Below are positions 51,801-62,034 of a DNA stretch of 64,000 bases, piece by piece. Numbering within the stretch: position 1 is the first letter of the stretch; each line of letters begins with the position of its first letter. The stretch is from an uncultured Candidatus Peribacteria bacterium (GTDB lineage: Bacteria > Patescibacteriota > Gracilibacteria > UM-FILTER-43-11). The stretch spans positions 2,231-66,230 of the forward strand of contig CAYWJA010000004.1 in the NCBI GenBank assembly GCA_964458485.1, given 5' to 3'. The notes under the pieces are model-generated. The model worked only from the letters and a program-made list of their open reading frames with translations. It made no database searches and had not been told where the DNA came from. The position numbers and the translations under genes are program-made.

Positions 51801-52937
51801 ATGGTAAACATCAACGCTCGTAATGAGCGCCATGCAAAATTAAAACAAGAAAACGTTGAATTAAAAAAACATTCACTTAATCCAGTGAATGCAACTGCTA
51901 CAACATTAAAAGATAGCATTAAAAAAATCTGTAAGGATCAAAATAATAGCCCTTTAATATCACAATTGCTTCGCAAGGTAGCAGTGCTTATTGCAGTTTT
52001 TTTAATTGCAGCACCATTAATGTCTACATATCAACTAACGCATGGTTCTTTTGTAGGTCAGTTTGGCTATGACGATCTAGGTGTTTTTGAATTTACCGAA
52101 CAAGATGCAGAACATACTATTGCAGATGTAATGACTGAGGATGGATTCCTTCTAAAGCCAGCTATTAATTCTACAGAAGGTGATCGTAGCGGATTTAGTG
52201 ACATTTTTATGTATACGGTTGAATCTGGCGATACACTATCTTCAATAGCAGCGAGTTTTAATCTAAAAAAAGAAACCATAATGGCAGAGAATAATTTATG
52301 GAATCCAAATAGATTAAGGGTAGGTTCAAAACTTAAAATATTACCGGTAGACGGCCTTTCTCATAAGGTTAAGAAAGGAGAAACAGTGGCTAAGCTTGCG
52401 AAGAAATATAAAGTAGAAAAAGAAGCGATCACCAAGCAAAACCAAATTGAGAATGATACACTTGTGGCTAATGCGACTATAATTATTCCAGGGGCTAAAA
52501 AATCAGCTCCGGTATATCGAAGAACTAATGCACCAACCAGTATTGCTGGATACAAAGGGCCAAAAGCAAATGGTAGGTTAATTTGGCCAACCGTGGGGAA
52601 GACAACACAAAAATATCACAGCAGGCATAGGGCTATAGATATTGCCGACAGCTCAAAAGGACCTATTTATGCAGCAGCCAGTGGTAAAGTTATAAAGGCA
52701 GCCAAAGGTTGGAATGGCGGGTATGGAAATATGATTATTATAGACCATGGCGATGGTATGCAGACACTTTATGCACATAATGAAAAATTATATGTAACTA
52801 AGGGGCAATATGTTGAACAAGGTCAGACCATTGCATGGATGGGGAGGACTGGTAGAGTTTATGGTAGGACAGGTATTCATCTGCATTTTGAGGTTCGTAT
52901 AAAGGGGGTCAAATATAATCCGATGAACTTTTTTTGA
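51801..52937 (+). CDS. LysM-domain M23 metallopeptidase
   Basis: A TM anchor and two LysM repeats (GDTLSSIAASFN..., GETVAKLAKKY...) are followed by the M23 motifs HRAIDIA and IHLHFEV. Confidence 0.9.
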   Translation: MVNINARNERHAKLKQENVELKKHSLNPVNATATTLKDSIKKICKDQNNSPLISQLLRKVAVLIAVFLIAAPLMSTYQLTHGSFVGQFGYDDLGVFEFTEQDAEHTIADVMTEDGFLLKPAINSTEGDRSGFSDIFMYTVESGDTLSSIAASFNLKKETIMAENNLWNPNRLRVGSKLKILPVDGLSHKVKKGETVAKLAKKYKVEKEAITKQNQIENDTLVANATIIIPGAKKSAPVYRRTNAPTSIAGYKGPKANGRLIWPTVGKTTQKYHSRHRAIDIADSSKGPIYAAASGKVIKAAKGWNGGYGNMIIIDHGDGMQTLYAHNEKLYVTKGQYVEQGQTIAWMGRTGRVYGRTGIHLHFEVRIKGVKYNPMNFF

Positions 52938-53025
52938 TTCTGAACAACTTATTGTCTGAACCCCGATTTGCATGATTTAAGGATTTTCTTGATGGATCAC
53001 AAAATGTTTAAATGTTAAATACCAA

Positions 53026-53310
53026 ATGACAATCCGAAATTTGAGATCTGAGATCCGAAATATTGTATGGCATCTCCCTCGAAATTGCACTATTTTACTA
53101 GTCATTTTTTACCAAAAAACCCTCTCTCCAGATCACAGTAAGCTAATGAGGCCGCTTTTTCCGAATGGGCATTGTAAATACACCCCAACTTGTTCGGATT
53201 ATGCAAAATTGGCACTTAAAAAATATGGCTTTATTCGTGGCACGTTTAAATCTGTATGGCGGGTTTTTCGGTGTAATCCATGGAGTAAGGGGGGTCACAA
53301 TTTACCTTAG
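53026..53310 (+). CDS. yidD: Membrane protein insertion efficiency factor YidD
   Basis: FYQKTLSP...CKYTPTCSDYAKLALKKYG...RCNPW signature. The first ~10 codons run through a word array, so the exact start is uncertain. Confidence 0.85.
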   Translation: MTIRNLRSEIRNIVWHLPRNCTILLVIFYQKTLSPDHSKLMRPLFPNGHCKYTPTCSDYAKLALKKYGFIRGTFKSVWRVFRCNPWSKGGHNLP

Positions 53311-53681
53311 GATAAAGCAATAGCCTCAACCTCCACCTTCGCCCCTTTCGGTAAACCAGCAACCTGAACAGTGGCACGGGCTGGCGGGTTTTTTTTAAAG
53401 TAGCTGCCATAAACTTCGTTCACTGTTACAAAGTCATCTAAGTCAGTCAGATATATAGTTGTTTTTACAACTTTACTAAAATCCGATCCAGCAGCTTTTA
53501 AAACAGCATCCAGATTTTGCATAACCTGCCTTGTTTGTTCTCTGATTCCACCCTTTACCATCTCGCCATCCGGTTTTAGCGGAATCTGACCAGAGCAGAA
53601 TATCAAATTATCTGTTTTAACAGCCTGACTGTACGGACCGATTGCCTGAGGGGCTTTTGTTGTGCTTATTACTTCTCTCAT
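53307..53681 (-). CDS. ridA: RidA/YjgF-family enamine/imine deaminase
   Basis: 124 aa with TKAPQAIGPYSQAV and the C-terminal PARATVQVAGLPKGAKVEVE. Confidence 0.9.
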   Translation of the reverse strand: MREVISTTKAPQAIGPYSQAVKTDNLIFCSGQIPLKPDGEMVKGGIREQTRQVMQNLDAVLKAAGSDFSKVVKTTIYLTDLDDFVTVNEVYGSYFKKNPPARATVQVAGLPKGAKVEVEAIALS

Positions 53682-53747
53682 AATTTTCTTGATATTAAGT
53701 CTACTCTAATATAATATTTAATGTAAATACATAAAAATTATAAAGCT

Positions 53748-54080
53748 ATGCCCCCACTTAAAAATAGTAAAATTGATAAAGTTGAAATAGACTTATCTGA
53801 TGCAAGGCCTACATCAGAAGAAATGGCAGGTTATTTGTTAAGGGATCATTTTCCGGATCCATATTTTAATGCACAAAAAGAGGGCTCTGTACTTACCATT
53901 ACACCTGGTAATGGATCAGGCTCTGGCATTGCCGAGGGGATGCAGCGAGGACCTGGCGTAATATCAAAAAAGTTATTAGCCCTTGAAGCTTTTAATACAC
54001 GATTAGGTGTTATTGTAAGAGTCTTTCCAGAGGGAGATCAGCAAGGTGTAACTTTGGAAAAAAAGAGGCAAGTAACTTAA
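53748..54080 (+). CDS. Hypothetical protein (110 aa)
   Basis: Open frame with an ATG start. It overlaps the ilvC stop by 4 nt. No domain recognised. Confidence 0.45.
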   Translation: MPPLKNSKIDKVEIDLSDARPTSEEMAGYLLRDHFPDPYFNAQKEGSVLTITPGNGSGSGIAEGMQRGPGVISKKLLALEAFNTRLGVIVRVFPEGDQQGVTLEKKRQVT

Positions 54081-55126
54081 TTTTTATTGTCTGGCCTTAA
54101 CTTCCTCACTTCCGCACCAGCCTGCCACATTTCAGAATTGCGCATTTCCTTCAGTTCCGCGTCTAATTTTTGGCGGTAATCAGGATCGCTATTAGCATCC
54201 AATGTTATCTGTGTTTCAGTTCCATCTTTTACACTTTCATAAAGTTCTTCAAAAATCGGTTCAACAGCTTTTTTGAATCTATCCTTCCAATCAAGTGCTC
54301 CTCTTTGTGCAGTTGTGGAGCAATTAGCAAACATCCAATCCATACCCTTCTCGCCAATCAGCGGGATAAGGCTTTGGGTGGCCTCTTCCACTGTTTCGTT
54401 AAACGCTTCAGATGGGCTGTGACCTTTTTTGCGGAAAAGTTCATATTGTGCCTCCATAAGCCCTGCAATTGCACCCATCAATACTCCCCTTTCGCCCGTT
54501 AAATCACTCCATACCTCCTTTTCAAAAGTAGTCGGAAACAAAAAGCCGGAGCCAACTGCTATGCCAAGCGCCCTAACACGATTTTGCGCTTTACCAGTCG
54601 CATCTTGGTGTACTGCAAAGCTTGAGTTAACACCCTCCCCTTTTAAAAATAATTCTCTTACTTTCGCACCTGGGCCTTTTGGTCCAACCAAAATTACATC
54701 CACAGCCTCTGGTGGTACTACGCCGGTTCTGTCTTTATAAGTTACAGAAAATCCATGGGAAAAATACAAGGCTTTACCAGCAGTCAAATGAGGCTTAATT
54801 ACTGGCCATTGTTCCTTTTGTCCTGCATCAGAAAGTAAATAACAAATTATTGTTCCTTTTTCACAAGCTTCCTCAATTTCAAAAAGGGTTTCACCCTCTA
54901 CCCAGCCATCAGATAAAGCTTTCTCCCAGCTTTTACCACCTTTTCGCTGGCCGACAATAACATTAACACCATTATCTTTTAAATTAAGAGCCTGCCCCGG
55001 CCCTTGTACTCCGTAGCCAATCACAGCCACAGTTTCATCTTTCAGAACTTCCTGCGCTTTACTTAGCGGGAATTCTTCACGGGTTACTACCTCCTCTTCG
55101 GTGCCTCCAAAGTTTATTCGGGTCAT
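54077..55126 (-). CDS. ilvC: Ketol-acid reductoisomerase
   Basis: 349 aa with IGYGVQGPGQALNLKDNG and a class-I KARI layout. Confidence 0.95.
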   Translation of the reverse strand: MTRINFGGTEEEVVTREEFPLSKAQEVLKDETVAVIGYGVQGPGQALNLKDNGVNVIVGQRKGGKSWEKALSDGWVEGETLFEIEEACEKGTIICYLLSDAGQKEQWPVIKPHLTAGKALYFSHGFSVTYKDRTGVVPPEAVDVILVGPKGPGAKVRELFLKGEGVNSSFAVHQDATGKAQNRVRALGIAVGSGFLFPTTFEKEVWSDLTGERGVLMGAIAGLMEAQYELFRKKGHSPSEAFNETVEEATQSLIPLIGEKGMDWMFANCSTTAQRGALDWKDRFKKAVEPIFEELYESVKDGTETQITLDANSDPDYRQKLDAELKEMRNSEMWQAGAEVRKLRPDNKN

Positions 55127-55180
55127 GATTTTATATGCTATATGGTAAAATTCTAAAATTTATGATTTAGGTTTTTAATA

Positions 55181-55232
55181 GCTTGAGACTTGAGACCCGC
55201 GCCCTTGGCGGGGCAGGCATGCACTTGAGACT
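55181..55232. repeat. cttgagact word array interrupted by a GC-rich insert
   Basis: gcttgagacttgagac, then ccgcgcccttggcggggcaggcatg, then cacttgagact. Confidence 0.85.
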
Positions 55233-55569
55233 ATTGCTTTATTATACACAAAAACTCAAACACTTTATCATACGGATTAGTAAATTGATGTAACTCATCT
55301 GCTGGCACAAATGCACTCATGCCCTCAGTAAGATCATGCTCATTGCCATCCGCATCTACCATCTTACCTTTCCCTTTTTCCACCTTAATCACATGTTCAA
55401 AATCATGAGTATGCCTTGGCGTATGCCCTCCAGGTGCCACTTTAAATTTACGCATCACAATACTTTGCGATCCATCATCCGGCCCGATTAATATTTGCAT
55501 AGTTACGTCTTTTGTACCTTCCATTATAACTATATCTTCAGAGATTTGTATATTTTGGTTTATTCTCAT
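55231..55569 (-). CDS. Cupin-domain protein
   Basis: GGHTPRHTHDFEHVIKVEKGKG is the cupin motif. The track start at 55575 is a TTG, and the ATG at 55569 lies 2 nt after the upstream gene's TGA. Confidence 0.75.
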   Translation of the reverse strand: MRINQNIQISEDIVIMEGTKDVTMQILIGPDDGSQSIVMRKFKVAPGGHTPRHTHDFEHVIKVEKGKGKMVDADGNEHDLTEGMSAFVPADELHQFTNPYDKVFEFLCIIKQ

Positions 55570-55571
55570 AA

Positions 55572-56156
55572 TCAACTTGCTAACTCGTAATCATAATATT
55601 TTTCTGTGCCATGATGTCCCCATCCACAACTTTTTATATAAAGAAATACTTCATCTATTTCCCTTTGTATATCAGGGCCAATTTCCCCATCATTATTCTG
55701 CATATCTCTCAATGCCCACCTTACAATAGAATAAGAAAACCAAAGAAAATTTCTACGATCAAAGTCTTCAGCGTCATCGGGAAGTGGCTCAAACCAATGA
55801 TCTTTAAATATTTGTAATACCTCTTGAGCATCATAAGTTATACCAGAAAATTGACTAAGTCTTTGGAATTTGCTTAACCAAATTAGTATATCTGGCATAT
55901 TATTTGATAATTTCCTAAAATTTGGACCCCTAGAATCTTCAATCATTATATTCAACATTCTTTGTTTACCTGCACGTTCCATATGCCTAAGTAGTGCACG
56001 TACATCCCTTACTTGATCTTCATTATCTTTATCAACAAGTTCTACGCCCTGTGGAGATAATATGATTGTCAAATCTGCAATATCTAACAGTTCATCAGCT
56101 GCATGATGATCGTGTGGATTATCTGCCTCAGCGCTTTTGTCGAATCTTCTGCCCAT
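55572..56156 (-). CDS. Hypothetical acidic protein inside the ilv block
   Basis: 194 aa with an ATG start. No domain recognised. Confidence 0.5.
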   Translation of the reverse strand: MGRRFDKSAEADNPHDHHAADELLDIADLTIILSPQGVELVDKDNEDQVRDVRALLRHMERAGKQRMLNIMIEDSRGPNFRKLSNNMPDILIWLSKFQRLSQFSGITYDAQEVLQIFKDHWFEPLPDDAEDFDRRNFLWFSYSIVRWALRDMQNNDGEIGPDIQREIDEVFLYIKSCGWGHHGTEKYYDYELAS

Positions 56157-56247
56157 TTGAATTATGTTATTTTATAAGACTGCATTATACCACATTCACT
56201 TCAACCACCTCTTCCCTGATTTGGGAATTTTGATTTATTTGCATAGT

Positions 56248-57036
56248 CTATATTATTAAAGATCGCAGCTTGCTTTCAGCAGCTTCACGAATTAATGCAC
56301 GTGCTAAGATCAATACAGGGTCGATCAATGGTATATTTTCAAATTTTTGTTCTGGCAAAGCAAGTGGTATCTCTGTGCATCCCAAAATGATTGCTTCAGC
56401 ATCCTGATTATTAAGCACTCCTGAAAATTTAAGAAAATTATCACGGGCTTTCTTGCTGACAGGGCTAACTGCCTTAATCCCCCATTTTTGGTTATATATA
56501 GTGTCATGAAGTTCTTCCTGCATTTCATCCGGAACCTCAATAATCTCAAGCCCTAATGGCTCAAAAATCTTATTATAAATTTTAACTTTTCTCGTACCCG
56601 TTGTTGACATGAGCCCCAGTTTTTTTACACCGGGAAAGAAATCCTTTATAAACTGAACTGTTTCTTCCAACATATTTACAACCTGTATATTTAAATTATT
56701 TTTCTTTAATAAGCCTAAAAAGTGATTAAATATTTCAGGGGCATGAAATGTATTGCACGGAATACCCAATACAAGCTCTTTTTCTGTTTCATCAGCGACT
56801 GAAGTCAGCGCTTGTGCTGTATTGAACATGCCCTCTGCCGGATTATTATCTACATGTTTCAGCAAAAATTCTGTTCTATCCGCAATATCATGAGAACGAG
56901 ACAAATGATACACTTCTATATGTCCCTGATCTGTTCCACCAGAGTCAGTTTGTTCAATGATTTTTTTATGAAGCCCAATCCCGGCCTCTGGCCCAACACC
57001 ACCACCTATGCCTATAATTTTTTCTTCTTTTTTCAT
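56248..57036 (-). CDS. Asp/Glu/hydantoin racemase family protein (aspartate-racemase-like)
   Basis: IGIGGGVGPEAG near the N-terminus and a second catalytic-Cys block, ILGCTEIPL. Confidence 0.8.
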   Translation of the reverse strand: MKKEEKIIGIGGGVGPEAGIGLHKKIIEQTDSGGTDQGHIEVYHLSRSHDIADRTEFLLKHVDNNPAEGMFNTAQALTSVADETEKELVLGIPCNTFHAPEIFNHFLGLLKKNNLNIQVVNMLEETVQFIKDFFPGVKKLGLMSTTGTRKVKIYNKIFEPLGLEIIEVPDEMQEELHDTIYNQKWGIKAVSPVSKKARDNFLKFSGVLNNQDAEAIILGCTEIPLALPEQKFENIPLIDPVLILARALIREAAESKLRSLII

Positions 57037-57050
57037 TACAATAATTGTAT

Positions 57051-57542
57051 CTAAACCTTCAAAGCCACCAAACCGCTCCTGGCCATTTTTAGTACATCTT
57101 TTTCCATATCAAGGCTCTCCAGAATATGTTCAATTTCTATCCCCTCACCTACGATTTCAAGTACAGGATGGCCGTCGACAGTATTAATAGTTTTTACACT
57201 GGCATTATGAATCAAGGCTGTTACTTTATTTAATTTTTTTGCAGCATCTTCATTTTTCATTATTAAAAGCACTATTTCCTTACCAACAACATCCTTAGAA
57301 TAAACATGTTCAACTTTAATAACCTCTATAATTTTTTTTATTTGGTTCATAACTTGCTGTATTCGCTCAATATCTTCAACAATAACTATTGTCATATGAG
57401 ACAGCCCAGGATCATTTGATGTTCCCACGGTTAGACTTTGGATATTATATTGCTTACGCCTACACAGGGAGGCAATTTTATTCAATACGCCAGGTTTATT
57501 TTCAACTTCCAGTATTATAATGTGCTTTTTTTTATTCATCAT
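57051..57542 (-). CDS. ilvN: Acetolactate synthase small (regulatory) subunit
   Basis: 163 aa with an ACT domain (IIILEVENKPGVLNKIASLCRRKQYNIQSLTVG). It lies next to ilvB. Confidence 0.9.
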   Translation of the reverse strand: MMNKKKHIIILEVENKPGVLNKIASLCRRKQYNIQSLTVGTSNDPGLSHMTIVIVEDIERIQQVMNQIKKIIEVIKVEHVYSKDVVGKEIVLLIMKNEDAAKKLNKVTALIHNASVKTINTVDGHPVLEIVGEGIEIEHILESLDMEKDVLKMARSGLVALKV

Positions 57543-57575
57543 ATTTTGTAATTTAAAACTTAAAATTTAAAATTA

Positions 57576-59273
57576 TTAATCAAGATCCTCTTTCCTAATT
57601 ATAGTTTGGTCTAAAGTACTGTCCTTTGGCATCATTGGGAATACATTATCTTCATCGCCTACAATAAATTCGAGTAGCACAGATTCATCGCTTTCAGAAA
57701 CTTCTTTAATCGCCTCCTTTGCCTCATCAGCTGTTGTAATCCTTTTGGCTTTTATGCCATAAGCTTCTCCTATTTTAACAAAATCTGGATTAGTAAGAGG
57801 TGTTGCCATATAGTTTTTATTATAAAACAAATCCTGCCATTGACGCACCATACCAAGGTAGCCATTATGAAAAATCATAATTTTAATCGGTAGTTTGTAG
57901 GTCATAACCGTTCCAAGCTCCTGAATATTCATTTGGCAGCCCCCATCACCCATGAGTGCCCATACCTGTTTTTTTGGCTCTGCAACTTGTGCGCCAACGG
58001 CTGCGGGCAAACTATACCCCATAGAGCCCAGCCCACCTGAATTTAAGATTTGACCAGGATATTGGGATTCAAAAAATTGTGCAGTCCACATCTGATTCTG
58101 CCCTACATCTGCAGTTACAATACAGTCCTTGTCTGCCGTCTTACTGATTTCTGCAACAACATCAGCAACTAAAAGCGCATCATCATCTTTTGCTTTTACA
58201 TGTTTTTTTACCTTATCTATATGCATTTCTTCAGCCCATTTGTCTAACTGAAGCACCCATTCCTTATGAGACAAATTATCCACCTTGTCGTTTAATTGTT
58301 TTAGTACTTTTGTACAATCACCCACAAGCTGCACATCAGTTTCTACATTCTTATTTATCTCACTGTCATCAATTTCAATGTGTATTACTTTTGCACCCTT
58401 TGCAAATTCACTTAATTTGCCTGTTATACGATCATCAAAACGCATTCCCAGACCAATGATCAAATCAGCATTATGAACTGCCATATTAGCGTATTTCATA
58501 CCATGCATACCAAGCATCCCAAAGTTTAATTTATGATCATGAGGCAAACATCCGAGCCCCAGTAAAGTAGTCACAACGGGAATATTTGTTTTTTTAATAA
58601 AATTTTCTAATTCTTTTTCAGATCTAGAAATTATAGCCCCATGCCCGGCAATTATTATTGGGCGGGCGGATTTTTTAATTATATCTATTGCATCATTTAT
58701 ACAATTTTTATCTGCCTCCTCAGGTATATTGTAACCGCGTAGGTCAACTTCTTTTGGGTATTCAAATTTATCCACATGAGCATTTAAAATATCTACAGGA
58801 ATATCAATATGAACAGGCCCAGGTCTGCCTGTAGATGCAAGATGGAATGCTTCTTTGATTATACGCGGCAAATCTGCCACATTTTTTACTATGTAGTTTT
58901 GTTTTGTAATCGATTGTGTAACACCAGTCACATCTATTTCTTGAAACGCATCTGAACCCATTGCAGTGGTAGCAACCTGGCAGGTTATTGCAACTATGCC
59001 AATGGAATCCATAAATGAATTAGCTATTCCGGTTATCAGATTGGTTGCACCTGGCCCGGAAGTCGTCAAACATACCCCAGGCTTGCCAGTTACCCTATAA
59101 TAAGCATCAGCAGCAAAAGCACCGCCTTGTTCATTCTTTGGAAGAACATGCTTAATTTCCGGGTAATCCGGCATGCGGTTATGCAAAGGTAGGGTAACAC
59201 CACCCGGATAACCGAATATATCGGTTGCACCCTCTTTGATTAGTGATTTTAGTAGTATGTCTGCTCCGATCAT
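57576..59273 (-). CDS. ilvB: Acetolactate synthase large subunit
   Basis: ThDP enzyme layout with GYPGG and GDGGCQMNIQELGT motifs. The ATG at 59273 (MIGADILLKSL) is preferred because the longer track ORF reads through the inverted repeat. Confidence 0.95.
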   Translation of the reverse strand: MIGADILLKSLIKEGATDIFGYPGGVTLPLHNRMPDYPEIKHVLPKNEQGGAFAADAYYRVTGKPGVCLTTSGPGATNLITGIANSFMDSIGIVAITCQVATTAMGSDAFQEIDVTGVTQSITKQNYIVKNVADLPRIIKEAFHLASTGRPGPVHIDIPVDILNAHVDKFEYPKEVDLRGYNIPEEADKNCINDAIDIIKKSARPIIIAGHGAIISRSEKELENFIKKTNIPVVTTLLGLGCLPHDHKLNFGMLGMHGMKYANMAVHNADLIIGLGMRFDDRITGKLSEFAKGAKVIHIEIDDSEINKNVETDVQLVGDCTKVLKQLNDKVDNLSHKEWVLQLDKWAEEMHIDKVKKHVKAKDDDALLVADVVAEISKTADKDCIVTADVGQNQMWTAQFFESQYPGQILNSGGLGSMGYSLPAAVGAQVAEPKKQVWALMGDGGCQMNIQELGTVMTYKLPIKIMIFHNGYLGMVRQWQDLFYNKNYMATPLTNPDFVKIGEAYGIKAKRITTADEAKEAIKEVSESDESVLLEFIVGDEDNVFPMMPKDSTLDQTIIRKEDLD

Positions 59274-59284
59274 AATATAATTTC

Positions 59285-59310
59285 GCATTTCGCATTTCTG
59301 ATTTCGCATT
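59285..59310. repeat. Left arm of a perfect 26-nt inverted repeat in the ilvD-ilvB spacer
   Basis: gcatttcgcatttctgatttcgcatt; its exact reverse complement lies at 59383-59408. Confidence 0.9.
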
Positions 59311-59382
59311 GTCATGTACCATTTTGCAATTAGCAATTACTAATTAATTAGTTAAATGCCAAATGAGTGAATGCCAATTGTG

Positions 59383-59408
59383 AATGCGAAATCAGAAATG
59401 CGAAATGC
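59383..59408. repeat. Right arm of the perfect 26-nt inverted repeat
   Basis: aatgcgaaatcagaaatgcgaaatgc. It overlaps the first base of the ilvD stop codon, and 22 nt recur at 12794-12815. Confidence 0.9.
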
Positions 59409-61030
59409 TAAGTTAAAAAGTATTCCTTCCTATATCTCTCCAACGCAGGTGTAAGCTTGCGCTTAGGTTTTTTCATGGTTTTTAATCTCCTTTTAATTTC
59501 TCTGTCACTCAATTTTACATTAAGTTTACGTTTTGGGATATCGATTTCAATTATATCACCATTTTTAATAGCCCCAATTGGCCCACCATTGTAAGCCTCT
59601 GGCTCAATATGGCCAATGCAGGCACCGCGGGTTCCTCCACTAAATCGCCCATCCGTTAGTAGCGCTACTTTAAGCCCGGCTCCAGCTATCACAGCTGTTG
59701 GCGTCAGCATTTCCGGCATTCCCGGTGCTCCTGCTGCGCCCATAAAATTGAGCACAACCACATCACCATTTTTAATTTTCTTTTTTTCAACAGCCTTAAG
59801 TACAGCATCTTCCGATGAAAATACTTTTGCAGACCCGGTAAATTTGAGCATATCCGGCTCAACTGCAGTCTGTTTTATAACAGAACTAGTCGCAATATTA
59901 CCTTTTAATATGGCAATTCCTCCCTCTTTATAATACGGCTTGCTGAGAGGGCGGATCACATTGTCATTTTTTACCTTACTCTTATTCGCAATTTCTTTAA
60001 TATCTTTACCATTTATCGTTGGGGATTTTTTAATAAACTTTTTCAATCGATTTAATACCGCAGAAATACCTCCGGCTTTATATAAATCTTCCATATCATG
60101 CACGCCTGCCGGCCTTAAATGGCAGATATTTGGAGTGTTTTTAGACACTTTGTCAAAAGTAGTCAGAGTTAGTTTAATACCAGCTTCTTTTGCAATTGCA
60201 GGCAGATGCAATGCTACATTTGTTGATCCGCCAATTGCCATATCTACCCTCACTGCATTCTCGAATGCTTGTTTTGTCATAATATCTCGAGCCTTGATAT
60301 CTTTTTTTACAAGCTGAACAATTCTTTTGCCGGTTTCGTAAGCTTGCTTCTTCTTTTTCGGGTCTAGCGCAAGTGTCGCAGCACATCCTGTAACAGACAT
60401 ACCTAAAACTTCTGTCATACATGCCATAGAATTTGCCGTAAATAATCCAGAGCAGCTACCGGCACTTGGGCAGGATGCACATTCAATTTTTAAGCCTTCT
60501 TTTTTAGTCATTTGCCCAGCCTTTATCTTTCCAACAGCTTCAAATGCACCAGATACAAGGTCGATTTTTTTGCCATGTAACTTTCCGGATTTCATTGGTC
60601 CACCTGTTATAATTGCAGCTGGTAAATTTACCCTTGCAGCACCCATTAGCATACCTGGTGTAATTTTATCGCAATTTGTAACACCAACCCATCCATCTAA
60701 CGAATGAGATAGCGTCATTATTTCAATATTATCCGCAATATGATCACGCGATGGAAGCGAAAGACGCATTTCCACATACATCGCAATACCATCACACACA
60801 GCAGGCACCCCCCATTCTAACGGCACACCACCAGCATCACGTATGCCTTTTTTTACCCATTTTGTAAGTACATTTAAGTGGACATGACCGGGTACAATAT
60901 CTGTAAACGCATTAGCAACCCCAATGAATGGTTTTTTAAAATCACTATCTTTCATCCCACCTGCACGCAGGAGTGATCGGTGGGGGATAGTTTCTATACC
61001 TTTTTTGAGTTTGTTTGATGGTAATTTCAT
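59408..61030 (-). CDS. ilvD: Dihydroxy-acid dehydratase
   Basis: 540 aa with an IlvD/Edd family layout ([18 protein letters not shown]). Confidence 0.95.
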   Translation of the reverse strand: MKLPSNKLKKGIETIPHRSLLRAGGMKDSDFKKPFIGVANAFTDIVPGHVHLNVLTKWVKKGIRDAGGVPLEWGVPAVCDGIAMYVEMRLSLPSRDHIADNIEIMTLSHSLDGWVGVTNCDKITPGMLMGAARVNLPAAIITGGPMKSGKLHGKKIDLVSGAFEAVGKIKAGQMTKKEGLKIECASCPSAGSCSGLFTANSMACMTEVLGMSVTGCAATLALDPKKKKQAYETGKRIVQLVKKDIKARDIMTKQAFENAVRVDMAIGGSTNVALHLPAIAKEAGIKLTLTTFDKVSKNTPNICHLRPAGVHDMEDLYKAGGISAVLNRLKKFIKKSPTINGKDIKEIANKSKVKNDNVIRPLSKPYYKEGGIAILKGNIATSSVIKQTAVEPDMLKFTGSAKVFSSEDAVLKAVEKKKIKNGDVVVLNFMGAAGAPGMPEMLTPTAVIAGAGLKVALLTDGRFSGGTRGACIGHIEPEAYNGGPIGAIKNGDIIEIDIPKRKLNVKLSDREIKRRLKTMKKPKRKLTPALERYRKEYFLT

Positions 61031-61050
61031 ATTTATTCACTATTTGGTTA

Positions 61051-61953
61051 CTATTTGGCTAAAAAAGTTAACCACTTAAAATATTCAGGATTTTTACCAC
61101 TAACTATATCCATAAATTCCTCTTTAAGCTGTTTAGTTATTGGGCCAATGTTGGTTTTTAATTTTTTATTATCAATTTGCCCAACCGGCGATACTTCTGC
61201 GGCAGTTCCTGTTAAAAAACATTCATCAGCCTCATGAATATCATCCAGTTTCATCTTTTTTTCTTTCACTTTATATCCTAAATTTTTAGCCAATTCCATA
61301 ATAGATTCACGAGTGATTCCAGCCAAAATTGTACCTAGTTCAGGGGTATAAATAACACCATCCTTAACAATAAAAAGATTTTCCGCGGAGCCTTCGGCAA
61401 CATATCCTTTGTAGTCCAACATAAGAGCTTCTCCATAGCCATCTTTTACAGCATCTTTAACAGCAAGCATTGCATTAACATAATGGCCGGAAATTTTTGC
61501 ATCTGCATAAGTAGATTTTGGATGAATTCTTACAAAAGGGGAAACCTTCATTTTTATTGCTTCATCACCCAAGTACGACCCCCATGGCCAGCATGCTATT
61601 GCAACATCAATAGGTAAATCAATTGGATTAACTCGCAAGGGTCCGTATCCATAAAAAGCAATTGGGCGAATATAACCGGATTTAACCTTATTAACTTTTA
61701 CAGTTTTAATTATTGCTTTTTCAAGCTCATCCTGCGTGTATGGAATTTTCATATCCAAGCATTCCATAGAGTAAACCCACCTTTCAACATGTCTTTTTAA
61801 TTGAAAAATCGCAGGGCCTTTTTCTGTTTTATAAAATCTTACACCCTCAAACGCACCGGTGCCATAATGAAGAGCATGACTCATTACATGGATTTTTGCA
61901 TCGGCCCATTTTACGAGCTTGCCATTTAGCCAGATGTGTTTAGTTTTATTCAT
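61051..61953 (-). CDS. ilvE: Branched-chain amino-acid aminotransferase (fold type IV)
   Basis: 300 aa. The class-IV aminotransferase layout and ilv context support the call. Confidence 0.9.
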   Translation of the reverse strand: MNKTKHIWLNGKLVKWADAKIHVMSHALHYGTGAFEGVRFYKTEKGPAIFQLKRHVERWVYSMECLDMKIPYTQDELEKAIIKTVKVNKVKSGYIRPIAFYGYGPLRVNPIDLPIDVAIACWPWGSYLGDEAIKMKVSPFVRIHPKSTYADAKISGHYVNAMLAVKDAVKDGYGEALMLDYKGYVAEGSAENLFIVKDGVIYTPELGTILAGITRESIMELAKNLGYKVKEKKMKLDDIHEADECFLTGTAAEVSPVGQIDNKKLKTNIGPITKQLKEEFMDIVSGKNPEYFKWLTFLAK

Positions 61954-61957
61954 AATT

Positions 61958-62034
61958 AGGATGTAGGATTGTAGGATGTAGGATTGTAGGAATTTATAGT
62001 AGGCCTACATCCTACATGCCTACTACCTACAACC
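61958..62034. repeat. Opposed word arrays (aggatgt/aggattgt)n ... (cctaca)n
   Basis: The left arm aggatgtaggattgtaggatgtaggattgtagga faces the right arm aggcctacatcctacatgcctactacctacaacc. It belongs to the same family as 5856-5947. Confidence 0.85.
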
